NCBI GenBank assembly: GCA_003971905.1
Contig: RSEE01000045.1
Span: 372,001 to 436,000, forward strand
Reading direction: 5' to 3'
Origin: Moniliella sp. 'wahieum'
Lineage: Eukaryota
DNA length: 64,000 bases
The notes below the pieces were generated by a model. That model saw only the letters and a program-made list of their open reading frames with translations, made no database searches and was not told the DNA's origin. A program made the position numbers and the translations under genes. Within the stretch, counting starts at the first letter, position 1, and the number at the start of each line of letters is the position of its first letter. Shown one piece after another: positions 60,400-64,000 of this stretch.

Positions 60400-62433
60400 A
60401 TGGCGCCCAAGAACGCCGTCGAGGGCCAGATCTACAAGGCCACCTACAGCGGGGTCCCAGTGTACGAATGTGTTATCAACAATGTCGCCGTCATGCGCCG
60501 CCGTGCCGACGATTGGCTCAACGCCACCCAGATCCTCAAGGTGGTGGGGCTGGACAAGTCCCAGCGCACCCGCGTTCTTGAGCGCGACGTACAGCGCGAT
60601 ACCCACGAGAAGGTTCAGGGCGGGTATGGCAAGTACCAAGGTACGTGTGCTCTGGCAGAGCGTAGGAGGGTGAAGTTGACTTATGGCCAGGCACCTGGAT
60701 CCCTATGGAGAGTGCTATCAAGCTTGCTCACGTCTACAACATTGCCCATCTGCTCCAACCGATTACGAGCTACATGTCCAGTACCGCATCCCCCCCCCGG
60801 CACCCAAGCATATCACCACTAGTACCACCAAGGCCAAAAAGGCCACCCCGGCCGTTGCCAAGGCTAAGCGCGAGCTTACAGCTGACTCGGATAGCATCGA
60901 CCTTGATGCCTCCTCCCGTAGAGGCAACGCAGGAGGGCAGACGGTCCATCCAGCCGCGAGCGATGGGAGCCTGAGTCCCTCGCCCAGTGAGGCCTCCAGC
61001 TCTTCTCGCACACCTTCGCCGATGGATGCGGCGGAGCCCTTTCTCCCGCGTGGCTCGGGCCTGGAGCCAGATCAGTATGGCCGCTTCCCCGGTGACGAGG
61101 TGGACAATGGGGCGCGCTATGCGGAGATTATCCTGGACTACTTTATCTCGGAGAGCACGACAGTGCCCCACTGCTTCTCACGCCTCCTGCAGACTTTGAC
61201 CCGAACATGTCGATCGACGATGACGAGCACACCCCGCTGCATTGGGCCTGTGCAATGGGAGGGTACGGGTTGTGAAGCTGCTTCTATCTGCGGGGGCGGA
61301 CATGTTCCGTGTCAACACCTCGGGCCAGACGGCGCTGATGCGAGCGGTCATGTTTAGTAACAATTACGATCTTCGCAAGTTTCCCGAACTCTTTGATCTT
61401 CTCCATCGCAGCATTCTCAACATTGACCGTTCCGACCGCACCGTCTTCCACCACACCATTGACCTTGCTCTCAGCCGTAGTAAGCCACATGCTGCCCGGT
61501 ACTACCTCGAGACGATGCTCACGCGTCTACGCGAGTACGGCACGCAATTGGCCGATATGCTCAACTTCCCCGACGATGAGGGCGAGACAGCACTGACTGG
61601 CGGCGCGTGCCCGATCCAAGCGTCTGGTACGCATCTTGCTCGAATACGGCGCGGACGCCAAGAAACGCAACCATGAGGGCAAGTCGGCGGAGGATTATAT
61701 TGTGGAGGACGAACGGTTTCGTGCGTCTCCGCCTCGGACGGAACCTGTGGCAGCCGTCAAGATTGCCCCGCTTCCTTCACGAGCACATGTAGGTGAGGCA
61801 GCGCAGCGAGCTGCAGATCAGGCGGGTTCCATCGCCTCCAACCTAACTGCGCTGGCGGATGCGTACGATGCGGAGCTGGCCGAGTCGGACCGGATGCTCT
61901 CGCAAGCTCAGGCGTTGCAGGCCCAAATCTCAACCGAAACAAAGGAGAACGCCAGGGTGCTTGAGACGCTGGCCCAACGTGTCAAGGCGGGAGAGGGGCC
62001 CTCGAAGCACGGGGCCATGTCGCGCCACGTCTCCAGGCAGCCGTGGTCAAACGCCGGGCAGAAAATTTAGCTCGGTCCTATGCGTCCTTGCGGGCTCGCT
62101 CCAAACGTCTTCGCACCGATGGTGCGACGTTCGTCTCTACTCCCGATGCGGCCCCGGGCACAGTGGAAGCCTTCCTGCAGCCCCAACAGACTTGGCCACC
62201 GACCTGGCAAGGGCTCGAGACGAGGTTCTTCGCGCCCAAAAGGCGTGCTGGGCTGCAGAGGCTAGCTACTGCGATGCAGCTCTTGCTGCACAGGGCACGG
62301 GGCCTGCTATGGCCGCCTACCGCCGGTTGATCTCCCTCTCTTGTGGGGGGTGCCGGTAGAGGAGGTGGACGCGGTGGTAGGAGCATTGGGTAGCATGCTG
62401 GACCACTCTGGCGAGGCACCGGCGGCCATTTGA
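60400..62433 (+). CDS. MBP1: APSES/KilA-N plus ankyrin cell-cycle transcription factor (Mbp1/Swi4/Res family); intron 60641-60690
   Basis: [13 protein letters not shown]...[18 protein letters not shown]...[17 protein letters not shown], ankyrin region [16 protein letters not shown] and DDEGETALT, and a coiled-coil tail. Confidence 0.93.
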
Positions 62434-63753
62434 AGCTTCCAAGCTCCCGGTTTCAAGCTATAAGATTACTCATGGGGAAAACTTGAGAATGGGGAGGGGG
62501 TGGTCCTTGGTAGGGCTCGTTCCTGGTGAGAGGGATTGTGGTTGTCGAGTGTGGGATGCCGAGGTTTCCAGACTGGGAGGTCGGAGGAATTCCCCACTAA
62601 CAAGAGACTGGATTGAAGGGGTTGCAATAACCCCCCCCCCCTCTGTAACAGAGCATCCATTGAAGCCGTATTCGGTCTAGATTCGAGTTCTGGCAAGAGA
62701 GAGGTGGGGAGGGGGCAATGGGGATGACGTTGATCCGATCTTCGGAGGATCAGGACGATGCGGGGGAGGAGGTTGGTATAGACCAGCGATCAGATCCCCG
62801 ATCTCAGATCTCACTACGCCCGTTGTCCGGAGTACAATACAATTAAAATACGGACCCCACATATTCATCACCATCACCTGCATCACCAGCGTCACCGCCA
62901 CTGCTCTCTTCTCTGCGTTTGAGTGCGCCAGCCCCAAACAGCCGAATGCGTGGCTATGGCCGAACCCGGGCCGGGGGCAAAGGCGTGCGATGCTGGCCAC
63001 AGACATGACGCGTGACGATCGGTGACGATCGATGAGAGGATGGTGATCATGACGAAATGTGTGGCAGCTGTCGATGACGGTGCGATGTGACATGTGACAT
63101 GTGAGATTGGTTGCTTCGTAGGACGGCGTTGTCCGCGTGCGGCCTCAGGGCCTCAGGATCCTAGTCCCACCGCGCATCACCTCGCACCGAGGCCAACCTG
63201 GCTGCGTCCATTGCAGGCCCCGAATGGCGACGCCGTGGTCTGGCCACACCAGGTGCTAGCTACGGCACTGCACTACACCCTCTTGTACCCGTCCTTCTGT
63301 CTCTCCTCTCTTGCGGCAGCGCATGAGAGAGCCATTATATCATGGGCTCGCGTACAACATAGAAGATTGCCCGCCCGAATCTCAGCGGCATGTTGAGGCG
63401 CAGCCGCCCGTGCGTGGATGCGCTCATGCCCTCCTGCCCGCACTCCTGCCCGCACTCTTTCGCTGCCCCCGAGCCCAGCGCCCGGGGCGGAGTGCCGGTT
63501 AGCGGTTAGCGTCCGTGCCCCATGCCAGCCAGCGTGCCCACGCAGTTGTGCTCCCCCAGCACGCTCAGCCTGTGCGCACCAGCCCCGATCCACATCCCCA
63601 GCGCATGACGTAAGTCCCCCGCACACTGGCGCCCTCCTGCTTGCACCATCCGCAGCGGGCCAATATATACCCCCCCACCCCTCTTCCTCATCCGTGGGGT
63701 TTCTCTCCCCCTAATACTACCTGCCCGCACAGCCACCGCGCCAGCCCCCAACC

Positions 63754-64000
63754 ATGCGCTTCTCCCCCATCGTCCGCTCCATCCCCCCCTCCGCCGGGCA
63801 CGTCCCCCCTACCCCGGCCAAGTCTCGCGCCCCCTCATCGCGGTCGTCGCCGCCGGCGCGGCAGCAGGCTATTGGTACTACACTGAGCCTGCGCGGCAGG
63901 TGCGTCACTCTCCTCCCCCCCCGGAAAACTCTGACTAACATTGACCATGCCCCCACCCAGGCCCGCGCCCAGGCTGAGGCGGAAGCCAAGGCTCGCGAAG
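63754..64000 (+). CDS. Partial gene running off the window; probable mitochondrial single-TM protein; intron 63900-63960
   Basis: MRFSPIVRS..., then in a shifted frame LIAVVAAGAAAGYWYYTEPARQ|ARAQAEAEAKARE, with a GTGCGT...CTAAC...CAG intron. Confidence 0.6.
   Translation, partial: MRFSPIVRSIPPSAGHVPPTPAKSRAPSSRSSPPARQQAIGTTLSLRGRCVTLLPPRKTLTNIDHAPTQARAQAEAEAKARE

Overview
GC-rich, gene-dense, intron-poor fungal DNA with short GT-AG introns and CTRAC branch sites. I infer a basidiomycete, probably Ustilaginomycotina. Almost every gene, including RPS15 and GLC7, carries small indels, often at homopolymers. This points to an unpolished long-read assembly, so models were rebuilt across frames by eye and their ends are approximate. 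All homology calls come from remembered family motifs, not database searches. Recognisable genes in order: RPS15, tRNA-Ala(AGC), PEX7, Sso-type syntaxin, SNU66, KNR4/SMI1, FYV7-like, a diaphanous-related formin, COQ9 (not intact in the ORF track), COX5, a bHLH factor, a degenerate HNT1, a cytochrome-b5-domain protein, a ~7 kb gene-poor interval, GLC7/PP1, an NDUFB4-like gene, carboxypeptidase Y, intron-containing tRNA-Asn(GTT), CSR1-like CRAL-TRIO, MKT1, a Zn2Cys6 factor, a MINDY-family protein, DCAF11/WDR23, a chitin deacetylase, an Mbp1/Swi4-type APSES factor and a partial gene. The most interesting observations are: (1) intergenic 7-bp-periodic arrays of the form TCA-N4, where N4 is often a 4-bp palindrome and can switch while the phase is kept; (2) a MINDY deubiquitinase homologue that appears to have lost both catalytic Cys and His and carries several NPF motifs; (3) a Zn2Cys6 factor with Cys-Cys repeats and a His-rich tract, a candidate metal sensor; (4) a syntaxin with a long post-TM tail containing dibasic sites; (5) an RPS15 start codon split by an intron.
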